A model generated the notes under the pieces. That model was not told the DNA's origin and did not search any database. It was given only the letters and a program-made list of their open reading frames with translations. From NCBI RefSeq assembly GCF_963921235.1, contig NC_086098.1:237584001-237648000 (forward strand): 64,000 nucleotides of DNA, read 5' to 3'. How positions within the stretch are numbered: the stretch's first letter is position 1; each line of letters starts with the position of its first letter. Source of the stretch: Mobula hypostoma. Lineage: Eukaryota. Below, in pieces: positions 52,190 to 62,884 of the stretch. Made by a program: the position numbers and the translations under genes.

Positions 52190-53990
52190 ATAGATATCGA
52201 TGGGTGAAATGGAGAGAGGTGAGACCGAGTTCAACGCAGAGGTGTTCAACAAATGTATATTCCAGTTAAAAGCAAGGAACGTAAGGGCGGGGAAAACCAG
52301 CCTTGGATAAGTGAGGAAGTAAAAGAAGGCAACAAATTAAAAGATTGTGCGTAAAAAGTCGCCAAGACTAGTGGGAAACGGAAGATTGAGGACTCTTTAA
52401 AAAGCAACAATGAACAGCGAAGCGAGAAAGGGAAGCTAGATTATGAATATAAACTAGCACGAAATATAAAAACGTATAGTAAATTTGTTATAATTATATA
52501 AAGCGGAAAGGGTAGCTAAAGTGAACGTAGGTCCCTTGGACGACGAGAAAGGGGAATTGATATTGGGTCCTGTACTGAGAAAAGTATCGCATAGGCTATA
52601 AAGGACGATGGTGTGTTTGTCTTCACAGTAGAGGATCTGTCTAACATGCCAAAAAGAGATGTTATGGATGCGATGGAAGGGGCAACCTCAATACGATAGC
52701 TATCACTAAAACGGTAGTGTTGAGCAAACTTGTGGGCCTAAAAATAGACAAGTCCTCTGGTCCTGATGGAATGCATCCCAGGGTACTGAAAGAAATATCA
52801 GAAGTTACAGTAGAGACTTTGATGATAATTTAGCAAAATTCCCTGGACCCTGGGTAGATCCCGGCGGCTTGGAAGTCGGCGTACGTCACGCCACTGTTCA
52901 AAAAAGGATGTAGGCAAAAGACAGGTGCCTATAGGCCAGTTAGTTTAACATCTGTAGTTGGGGAAATGGTTGACACTATCAATAAAGACGAAATGGAAAC
53001 GAATGGATCAATCAGACAGACGCAGCATGGATTCAGCAAAGGCAGGTCCTGTTTGACAAATGTACTGGGGTTCTTTAAGGATGTAACGAGCGCAGTGGAT
53101 AGAGGGGAACAGATGGACGTTAATTATTTGGACTTCCAGAAGGCGATCGATAAGGTGCCGCAAAAAAGACTTATCTATAAGATAAGGATGCATTGAGTCG
53201 GGGATGAAATATTACCATAGATAGAGGATTGGTGAACTAATAGAAAGCAGAGATCACCGAACATTGGTGTTAACAATCAGTGGCGAGCGGTGTGCCGCAG
53301 GGGTTGGTGCTGGGGTCTCGAATGTTCACGATAGACATTAACGATCTGGAAGAGGGCACCGAGTGCAGTATATCTAAGTTTGCTGATTCTACTAATTGAG
53401 TTGAAAAACAAATTGTGCGGAGATACAGAGAGTATGCAGAAAGGTATAGATTTGTTAAGTGAGTGAGCAAGGCGGAAGGTGGAGTAAAATTTTGATAAAT
53501 GCGAGGTCATCAACTTGGAAGGGAAAACGAAAGAGCAGATTATTATTTAAAGGGTTAAAACTTTCATTGTGCAAAAAGGGACAGGAGTGTGTACATGAAT
53601 CATAAAAGGTTGGTTTGCAGGTGCAGCAGGCTATTAAGAAGGCAAATGGATTGTTGGACTTCATTGATGGAGGGATTGCATTTAGGAACAGGGAGGTTAT
53701 GCTGCAACTGTACAAGGTTCTGGTGAGGAAAGATATGCTGGCTTTGGAGGTGGTGCAGAGAAGCTGTGGAATTCACTACCCAATGAAGCAATGGAGGCTA
53801 CCTCAGCAAATATATTTAAGAGAAGGTCGGATGTATTTTGCATCGTAGGGGAATTACGGGTTGATGTGAAAAGGCAGGTAGATGGAGATGAGTTTATGGC
53901 CACGTTGCCATGTTCTTATTGAATGGCGAGCAGGCTTAACGTGCCAGATGGCCTACTCCTGCTGCTATTTCATATGCTCCTATGTTCTTA
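52190..53990 (+). mobile_element. Decayed CR1 LINE
   Basis: QHGFSKGRSCLTN, YLDFQKAIDKVP and the C-terminal remnant; TATGTTCTT tail. Confidence 0.88.
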
Positions 53991-54399
53991 GAGTTACTTG
54001 AAAGCAGAAGCACCAGCTAAACCTCAACAGGGGTGGCCTCACGACCGGTTGCGAAACACTGAGGCTTAGACATGGGACTAACACCCCCATCCCATAAAAC
54101 CACATAGCTACAGATACGCCATCAGAAGTTCAAAAGGCCATAACCATGTATGGGCAAAGTTCTTCGAAGATGGGCTCCACCTGGGGACAATTTGAAAGAC
54201 GGTCACACGGCAGAGGATTCTGTAAAGATGCTGTCAGTGGCCTATGATGCAGTAGGGGTTAACAGGAGGAAGCATCGCCACAAGGGAATCACCAGATGCT
54301 GAAAAACTCAGAACTCCAGCAGATTTGCCAGTGCTGCTCCGGGGGTTTTAAACTAGATTTGCAGCGGGGAGGGGAACCAGAGTGTTAGAGCACATAGTG

Positions 54400-57330
54400 A
54401 GGTGGAGGAGGATAAAGGTATTGCGAGAACTGCAAGTATAGTGCATGAAGTAAAGCCAGATCTAACATATAAAGAGGCTTTGAGGAAAGGAAACAGAATA
54501 AAAGGTGTAAAGATAATAAGGTAGAAGGGTTAACGTGCGTGTACTTCACTGCAAGAAGCATCAGGAACAAAGGTGATGAACTGAGAGCTTGGATACATGC
54601 ATGGAATTATAATGCAGTGACCATTTCAGAGACTTGTCTGGCACCATTGCAAGAATTATTTCTCAATATTCCTGGATTTCCGTGCTTTAAAAGGGAGAGA
54701 GAGTGGGAGAAAAAGAGACGAGAGGTTGCATTACTGATCAGGGGTATTATTACACTTACAGAAAGGGTGGGTAATGTGGCAGGATCCTCTTTTGAGTTAG
54801 CATGGGTAGAAGTCCGGAACAGGAAGGGAGGCAGATTTTGGAAAGGTGCAAAATAACAGGGTTGTTACCTTGAGTGACTTTAACTTCCCTAATATTGATT
54901 GGCACCTGATTAGTTCCAATGGTTTAGACGGAGCAGCGTTTGTTAAGTGTATCCAGGACGGATTCCTGTCACAGTCTGTTGACAGACCAGCGAGGGGGAA
55001 TGCCAAACTAAATCTAGTATTAGGTAACGAATTGGGTCAAGTCGCAGATTTCTCAGTGGGTGAGGATCTGGGGGACAGTGACCACCGCTCCTTGGCCTTT
55101 AACGTTATCATGGAAAAGGATATGATCAGAGAGGGCAGGAATTTTTTTAATTGGGGAAGGGCAATTTTGAGGCTATAAGGCGAGAACTTGCGGGTGTGAA
55201 TTGGAATGATGATTTTGCAGGGAAAGGTATTATGGAAATGTGGTCGATGTTAAGGGATATCTTGCAGGGTGTCATGGATACATTTGTCCCGGTGAGGAAG
55301 ATAAAGAATGGGAGGCTGAAGGAACCATGGGTGACAAGTAAGTTGGAAAATCTAGTCAGGTGGAAGAAGGCAGCATACATGAGGTTTAGGAAGCAAGGAT
55401 CAGATGGGTCTATTGAGGAATATAGGGTAGCAAGAAGGGAGCTTAAGAAGGGGCTGAGGAGAGCAAGAAGGGGGCACGAGAAGGCCCTGGCTAGTAGGGT
55501 AAAGGAAAACCACAAGGCATTCTTCAATAATGTGAAAAACAAAAGGATGACAGGAGTAAAGATAGGACCGATTCGAGATAAAGGTGGGAAGATGTGCCTG
55601 GAGACTGTGGAAGAGAGCGTGGTCCTCAATGAATACGTCCCTTCCGTTTTCACAAATGAGAGGGAACTTGATGACGGTGAGGACAATATGAGTGAGTTGA
55701 TGTTCGGCAGCATGTTGATATTAAGGGAGAGGAGGTGTTGGAGTTGTTCAAATACATTAGGACAGATACGCACCAGGGGCCTGATAGAATATTCCCCAAG
55801 ATGCTCCACAGGGCAAGGGAAAAGATTGCTGATCCTCTGGCTAGGATCTTTGTGGCCTCGTTGTCCACGGGAATGGTACAGGAGGATTGGAGGGAGGTGA
55901 ATGTTGGCCCTTTGTTCAAAAAAGTTAGTAGCGATAGTCCGGGTAATTATAGACCATCGAGCCTTACGTCTGTGGTGGGAAAGCTGTTGGAAAAGATTCT
56001 TAGAGATAGGATCTGTGGGCATTTAGAGATTCATGGTCTAATTGGGGACAGTCAGCGTGGCTTTGTGAAGGACAGGTCATGACTAACAAGCCTGATAGAG
56101 TTCTTTGAGGAGGTGACCAGGCATATAGATGAGGGCAGTGCAGTGGATGTGATCTACATGAATTGTAGTATGGCATATGACAAGGGTTCCACATGGTAGG
56201 CTTATTCAGAAAGTCAGAAGGAATGGGATCCAGGGAAGTTTGGACAGATGGATTCAGAATTGGCTTGCCTGCAGAAAGCAGAGTGTCGCGATGGAGGGAG
56301 TACATTCGGATTGGAGGGTTGTGACTAGTGGTGTCCCACAAGGATCGGTTCCGGGTCGTCTACATTTCGTGATTTTTATTAACGACCTGGCTGTGGTGGT
56401 AGAAGGGTGGTTGGCAAGTTTGCAGACGACACGAAGGTTGGTGGTGTTGTGGATAGTGTAGAGAATTGTCGAAGATTGCAGAAAGATATTGATAGGATGC
56501 AGAAGTGGGCTGAGAAGTGGCAGATGGAGCTCAGCCCGGAGAAGTGTGAGGTGATACACTATGGAAGGACAACTTCCAAGGCAGAGTACAAAGTAAATGG
56601 CGGGATGGCGGGATACCGGGATACTTGGTAGTGTGGAGGAGCAGAGGGTTCTGGGTGTAGATGTCCACAGATCCCCGAAAGTAGCCTCACAGGTAGATAG
56701 GGTACTTAAGAAAACTTATGGACTGTTAGCTTTCATAAGTCGAGGAATAGAGTATAAGTGTCGTGGAGTAATGATGCAGCTCTGTAAAACTCTGACTAGG
56801 CCACACTTGCAGTACTGTGTCCATTTCTGGTCGCGTCACTTTTGGAAGGATGTGGAAACATTGGAAAGTTTACAGAGGAGATTGACCAGGATGATGCCTG
56901 GTTCAGAGAGTATGCGTTATGATCAGAGATTAAGGGAGCTAGGGCTTTACTCTCTGGAGAGAAGGAGAATAAGAGGAGACAGTATAGAGGTATACAAGAT
57001 ATTAAGAGGAATAGATAGAGTGGCCAGCCAGCGCCTCTTTCCCAGGCACTGCTCAGTACAAGAGGACATGGCTTTCAGGTAAGGGATGGGAAGTTCAAGG
57101 GGGATACTAGAGGAAGGTGTTTTACTCAGAGAGTGGTTGGTGCGTGGAATGCACTGCCTGAGTCAGTGATGGAGGCAGATAAACTTGTAAAACTTAAGAG
57201 ACTACTCGATATGGATATGGAGGAAATTAATGTGGGGTGTTATATGGGAGGCAGGTTTTAAGGGTTGGTACAACATTGTGGGTCGAAAGGCCTGTACTGT
57301 GCTGGCCCTTTTATGTTCTATGTTCTACTC
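54400..57330 (+). mobile_element. CR1 LINE with near-complete frameshifted ORF2, same subfamily as 11234-14010
   Basis: YFTARSIRNKGDEL (endonuclease start), [11 protein letters not shown] and the C-terminus; TATGTTC tail at about 57313-57327. Confidence 0.93.
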
Positions 57331-57346
57331 TTTGTACAAAGATCAA

Positions 57347-57384
57347 CAGTTAAGGTTTCGGGCCAAGGCCCTTCATCAGAACTG
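57347..57384 (-). ncRNA. Minimal hammerhead-ribozyme-like motif (Penelope pseudo-LTR type), one substitution from consensus
   Basis: Minus strand CAGTT-CTGATGA-AGGGCCTTGGCCC-GAAAC-CTT-AACTG: stem I CAGTT/AACTG, intact CUGAUGA and GAAAC cores, GC-rich stem II. Confidence 0.55.
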
Positions 57385-57628
57385 ATAATTTGGAGATGAG
57401 GGGCAAAGAGTGAAATAGATTTAATTTGAAATTCAAAGCACAACTGCCGGGTTTGGACCGAAACAGCTGTGTTGTGCCATAACCAAATCGGCGCTCGAGA
57501 GGGAATTGACGTTCAGTAACAAGGAAAAGTATCAGCCCTTACACAAAGGCAGCAGGACGTGCTGTCATCATAGACGTCCAGTGCACTGCTGCTGTGGAAA
57601 TTGCTGGCAGACTCAACCACGATGTTAC

Positions 57629-57935
57629 TTAAGGCATCCGTTAGTCTTCCGAGACCATGGATCTGCGCCTGGAAAGTCTTCACTCTCCAGGTTGCAGGCC
57701 CGGCCAAGGTTCTATGGAAAACCAGCAGTAGCCCATGCTGCAAATTTCCCCTCTCCACGACACTATGTTGTCCAAGGGAAGGGCATTAGGACCCATACAG
57801 CTTGGCACCAATATCGTCACAGAGCAACGTGTGAATAGGTGCCTTGCTCAAGGACACAACACGTTCCCTCGGCTGGAGCTCGAATTCACGACCTTCAGGT
57901 AGCTAGTCCAATGCCTTAACCACTTGGCCACGTGC
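57629..57935 (-). mobile_element. tRNA-derived SINE
   Basis: Head GCACGTGGCCAAGTGGTTAAGGC (A box) ... GTGAATTCGAGCTCC (B-box-like), then TGTGTCCTTGAGCAAGGCAC body. Confidence 0.7.
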
Positions 57936-58369
57936 ACACAATGTATCTGCAGTATTTCATTTTCAGACGCTTCGAATACTGGTAAACAGTTGCAGCAACA
58001 GTGAACCGTTAAAGTGGAAAACATGACCAAACTTCTGTGTGGGTTTCCTGTTTTCGCAGTTTTGTCGATGCAGCCCAAAGGTCAGCGTCTTAGCATTAAT
58101 GTTATATGTCACATTAAAGGCACTGCAGCCCACAACGAGCATATTTGTGGAAATGAACCTCATATGCTGCACCCTGTCTTACGTTCTGCGAACCCGAGAA
58201 TCGCATGAGAACAACATTCAAACCTAAATAAATAAATAGAAATATAACATCGGATGAACATAGTCCTGGGACACTGGCCATCTCCAACATGATCTGCATC
58301 GATATTTAATGTCACTTCAATGAATCCTGCGTAATCCTGTAACCATGTGACAGAGGAGCAAAATTCGGC

Positions 58370-59400
58370 TATTGAGCGCATCCAGCGGGCTCCACTATTC
58401 TATCATGTCTGATTTATTTCGCCTTCAACCTGCCTTACTTCTAATACCTTTGATGCTCTTACTAATGAAGAACCTATCAATCACCGCTTTAAATACATTC
58501 AATACATGGCCTCCCCGGCCGTCTGTGACTATGTGTTTCACAGATTCGCCACCCTCTTGCTAAAAAATTCCTCCTTATCACTGTTCTGAAAGGACATCAT
58601 ACTATTTTAATGCTGCGCCCTCTGTTCATAGACTCTCCCACAATTGGAAACATCGCCTCCGCCTCCACTCTGAATCGGCCTTTCAATATTCTGTTGCTGT
58701 TGTTGAGATGCCACCCTACCCCACCCACCACCAGCAACACCAGTACCGTTTTCTAAACACCTGCAAGTACAAGCGCAGAGCCATCAAATGCTCTTCAGAT
58801 GCTAACTCTTTCATTCCCAAGGTCACTCTGGTGAACCTCCTCTATACCGTCTCCAATGGAATCTCGTCCTCCCTGAGACAAGGGGCCCAAAGATACTCAC
58901 AATCATCCAATTGCTGTCTGGCCAATGCCTTGCAAAGCCTTAGCATTTCAACAACGCTATAGAATCGCCATTAATTATAAACACCGTTCGCTATATGAAT
59001 ATAGTGACTGCAAGAGCAGGTCAGAGGTTGGAATCCCAGAGCGAGTAATACTTTTTGAAAACACCATAAATTTCGACCTTAACACAGGTCACGAATGCAA
59101 TGGAATACTGTCTGCCGGTCTCTATTGGTGCAGTTCCGACAGGGAAAACTCGGTATCGTTCATTTTGAAGGACTCCTATCAAAATTGACTGCAGTTACCC
59201 TCCCAGACAAATCCAACAGTTCTTCCCGAACCCTGGGCAGGCAGTCCAAGTGTAACAGGGACGGGAATACACCACTGCAGGTTCTCCTCCCTGTCGTGAA
59301 TTACCCTATATTGTACATCTGTGTTCAGCCAATGTCTCTGGTTCTAATGTCGCTGGTACCCTTACAAGAGCGGTGGCAGTAAGCACATACAGTCGACTCA
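58370..59400 (-). mobile_element. CR1 3' fragments
   Basis: Decayed C-terminal ORF2 and 3' UTR homology. Confidence 0.65.
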
Positions 59401-59599
59401 TCGCAGCTTCTGCGGGATTTAATCTGGAGGAAATGAATGCGGCTTTTGTCAGCTATACACATGCCTACACTCCGGAAATCATGGTCAAAGCATGCTCTGT
59501 TTGGCAAACTTTCTGAACACTTCTCCATAGCCGTTAGCTCTTGTGACGAACAGACGGGATAACCTGGTGCAGTATGCAGAAGCAGCAGGCTGGATGTAT

Positions 59600-59650
59600 A
59601 GGCCCCGCCCCGGAACTTCGGTACCGAGCAGCGTCCACGGCAGCTGAGAG
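59600..59650 (+). promoter_or_regulatory. Candidate proximal promoter of the VJ-C1-TM gene
   Basis: GC box CCCCGCCCC (59603-59611), GGAACT, and E-box CAGCTG (59641-59646), about 85-130 bp before the ATG. No octamer seen. Confidence 0.3.
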
Positions 59651-59729
59651 GCTGCACAGAGCCGAGGCTGAAATTAATCCGACTCCTCGGAGTCGATCAC
59701 AGAGCCGCCGACTACCGGCCCGAGTCCAG

Positions 59730-59784
59730 ATGTTGATGGAACTTTTGACCCTGTTCGTTAGCGTTCAGATGTTTCGTGTTTGCG
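59730..59784 (+). CDS. Leader exon of the non-rearranging VJ-C1-TM IgSF receptor
   Basis: MLMELLTLFVSVQMFRVC, then G|GTGAGT (55 nt, phase 1), in frame with the V exon. Confidence 0.8.
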
Positions 59785-62649
59785 GTGAGTGAGTCAGCCT
59801 TGCTAACTTCCAAACAAGATCGCCCGAAATGTTTGGAGAAATGGGCCCTTGCATGTTTGTATTTCCCAGTGGAAAAGTTGTTCGGTTATAAAAACACATC
59901 AATGATCTGGATTAAGTTACCCACACCACCCTCGCCCCGCTCTCTGCATCTAATCTCCCACGAGAGTGGGGAAATAAATTTTAATGAATCATATCAATCT
60001 GGGTTACAAATCTAGAATCTCATTAATGCTGATTCTAAAACTACCTAAATAAATTATAAATATTTTCTTGGTAAGTCTCGCTCCTTTTCTATTGGTGAAG
60101 CCTATCTGCGCACTAATCCTCTCTACCCGTATGTAACGCCAACCCCAACGGAGACTGTTTGGAGACAGCTGTCTGAAATGGCCACCAAACTTCTCAATTT
60201 AAGTTCACCTGTGGATAGATGGACAAACTAATTTTGCCGGCTACTGATCCGGTAACTGAATAAAGAAAGAGTCTTCCTAATTTGACAAGGTAACATCTCT
60301 TTCCTTTCTGGTCGACCGTTAGGTGTTTTTCAGATACCTTATCCAATAAGTACAAACTAAAACTATCAACTATGGGCAATGAGTTTAAATCCTACTTAGT
60401 TTGATTCCATACTAGATAATTTTAATTAACTGATAGTAATTCCAGTTGCAGAACTCAGGCCGTTTTCTGAGAGTCCGTCTGTAGTGACTTCACATGTTGG
60501 TAAGACGGTTGAACTCTCCTGCGAGCTCACGTACAGACTGGAGGTCGCAAGCAATGTGTTCTGGTACAAACAGCGTGCGGACGAACCCCTGGTAACGATC
60601 AAATCCACGGACTGCCGAAAGACCGGCTGTAGGACTGCTTACAAAAAAGGTCCGGGCGATCACACATCAGTGTTGGAAATCCGGGACGTCCGGGAGGAGG
60701 ATGCGGGTTCCTACCACTGTTTTGGAACAGATAGCTATTCAACGTTTGTGAAAGGATCCACACTCCTGGTTGGAGGTAAGAGAACTCGACACTGGGATTA
60801 TACTCAGCCATGTACTTCATGTGAAGCTGCGATTAACGGTATCCCAATCTCTGCCCAGACAGTTCCACCAACCGGACCTACATGCTGCTATTTGTCCCGC
60901 CGTCTGAGACGAACGGGTCGGTTCCCTTGGTATGTCTGGTCGGTGGCCTTTCTTCCAACCAGATTGTCATTTACTGGAACATATCGGGACAGATCATGGA
61001 AGGATGGAGTGATACCGGAACGCTTGACCCAGACAACAGCTATAGTGTTAGAAATCAGGTGCTGATTCCAGTGGAAACATGGAGGAGCGGCGGAGTCTGT
61101 ACCTGTATCGCACAACTCGGGGGTACGGGAAAGACAATAATCAACAGCGTGTTCAATAACACCATTGAAACAGATCAAGGTGAGGCGATGTTTTGTACAT
61201 CAAATATTGTTACTAATCTGTGGTGGAATGGCGAAATGGATTCTATGGGCCAAACGGCCCAATCCTGCTCCTTTGTCTTATGGTCTTGTGGTCTTATGTC
61301 TGCGGGAATAACTCGCTGGTTCAATAACGACACAGTCAACGGCCACACATTTTAATTCTACATCCCATTCCCATTCTGACATGTCTATCCAATGCCTCCT
61401 CTACTGTAAAGATGAAGCCACATTCAGGTTGCAGGAACAACACATTATATTCCGTCTGGGTAGCCTCCAACCTGATGGCATGAACACTGACTTCTCTAAC
61501 GTCCGCTCATGCCCCACCTCCCCCTCGTACCCAGCGGTTATATATTTATATACACACATTCTTTCCCTCACTCTCCTTTTCCTCCCTCTGTCCCTCTGAC
61601 TATACCCCTTCCCCATCCTCTGGGTCCCCCCTGTCCCCCATTTCCTTCTCCCTGGGCCTCCTGCCCCATGATCCTCTCATATCCCATTTGCGAATCACCT
61701 GTCCAGCTCTTGGCTCCATCCCTCCCCCTCCTGTCTTCTCCTATCATTTTGGACCTCCTCCTCATCCTCCCACCTTCAAATCTGTTAGTAGCTCTTCCTT
61801 CAGTTACTCCTGAGGAAGGGTCTCGGCCTGAAAAGTCGACTGTACCTCTTCCTAGAGATGCTGCCTGGCCTGCTGCGTTCACCAGCAACTTTGACATGTG
61901 TTGCTTCAATTTCCAGCATCTGCAGAATTCCTCGTGTTTGCATTTTACAGTCAGCATTAATTTGTATGTATTTTTTTTAAGAATGTGCTTATCTCCACCA
62001 TCGGCTACTCAACCCTAATAGCCCTTTGAGCAGCTGGGGGTGAACCTCCTTCTTAATTCTGTGTTGTCCGTGATGATCTCACAGTGTGGTTGGGAGAGGC
62101 TGCCGGGAATTAGACACGGCAACGATGAAAGAAAGGCGCTGTCTTTCCAAGTTGGGATGGTGAGCTGGGGAAATGATTGGAAGCGGCAAGATGGCTGCGA
62201 GGAAAAGCGAGAAAACGGTCTGAGGAGCCGTATAGCCTCATGCGCTATTTCATTCTTTGCGTCGTTCTTCATCTGATATTGCTGTGGGCTTCTGGTTGTA
62301 CAATATAGTTTGAGGATCAAAGATCAAACTTGTTCCCTATATACATTTATACGTATTACGAGTTTGTTGTAATTGCTACTCAGGGCACGACACGCAACAG
62401 AAGTAAAAACTCTCAAATGTTATAAAAATAAAGATTGATATATAAATATTTAAAAGTGCATCGACTGATGTAAAGTTATTCACATAAAACCAAATGAAGT
62501 CGCTAATAATATGTTCTTGGAAACCATGAATTCACAAAGCAACATCTCTCCTTCTCTAGGCTGGTGTGTTCCCACTGCGATCCTCCTTGGGATCCTTGCC
62601 TTCCTGGTTATCCTAATAATTATTCGGATCTCTAAACAGCGTAGATCAG
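59730..62649 (+). CDS. Non-rearranging antigen-receptor-like gene (L-VJ-C1-TM), 265 codons in the window; cytoplasmic exons not found
   Basis: Exons 59730-59784, 60446-60775, 60859-61179 and 62560-62649, all GT-AG and phase 1; the spliced frame is open throughout. Confidence 0.85.
60446..60775 (+). CDS. Single-exon V-set domain with built-in J-like strand
   Basis: (V)AELRPFSESPSVVTSHVGKTVELSC...VFWYKQ...EEDAGSYHCFGTDSYSTFVKGSTLLVG, then G|GTAAG. No RSS. Confidence 0.9.
60859..61179 (+). CDS. C1-set Ig domain exon
   Basis: Acceptor ctctgcccag; DSSTNRTYMLLFVPPSETNGSVPLVCLVGG...IYWNISG...SYSVRNQVLIPVETWRSGGVCTC...TIETDQ, then G|GTGAG. Confidence 0.9.
61345..61945 (+). mobile_element. Penelope-like 3' fragment and pseudo-LTR inside the C1-TM intron
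   Basis: YCKDEATFRLQEQHIIFRLGSLQPDGMN; pseudo-LTR GAGATGCTGCCTGGCCTGCTGCGTTCACCAGCAAC. Confidence 0.9.
62560..62649 (+). CDS. Transmembrane exon
   Basis: Acceptor ctccttctctag; GWCVPTAILLGILAFLVILIIIRISKQRRS, then G|GTGAG: hydrophobic span with a basic stop-transfer sequence. Confidence 0.85.
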
Positions 62650-62884
62650 GTGAGGGTTAGCTTTTCCCAGACATATCCATATATCTATTAACAGTTACCG
62701 CGGTCCCTGTTTCAAGGCATTGTGTGATCACTGCTCCCAATGGGTTTAGAAGGAGGGACGCGGGAAGGAGTTACGGCGGGGAGTGCGGCGAATTGGACTG
62801 AAATTCCAGAGGGTAGAGATCCGAGGTCTCAATCCCTGAAAACCTCTTTTCTGCCATCAGTGGTGTCTCTATGTATGTTGCTTA

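Noticed and set aside
61180-61355. C-terminal extension of the C1 ORF in the ORF track
   Set aside because: Read-through past the G|GTGAG donor into intronic CR1-tail and Penelope sequence. The same applies to the V ORF beyond 60775.
62040-62276. FQVGMVSWG resembling the trypsin-family C-terminal motif
   Set aside because: No GDSGGP or other protease motifs and no supporting exons; it lies inside the C1-TM intron.
59730-62649. Calling the plus-strand gene a T-cell receptor chain or a rearranged Ig
   Set aside because: No RSS or segment array, an 83-bp V-C intron, no charged TM residue, and the TM exon splices onward to further exons.
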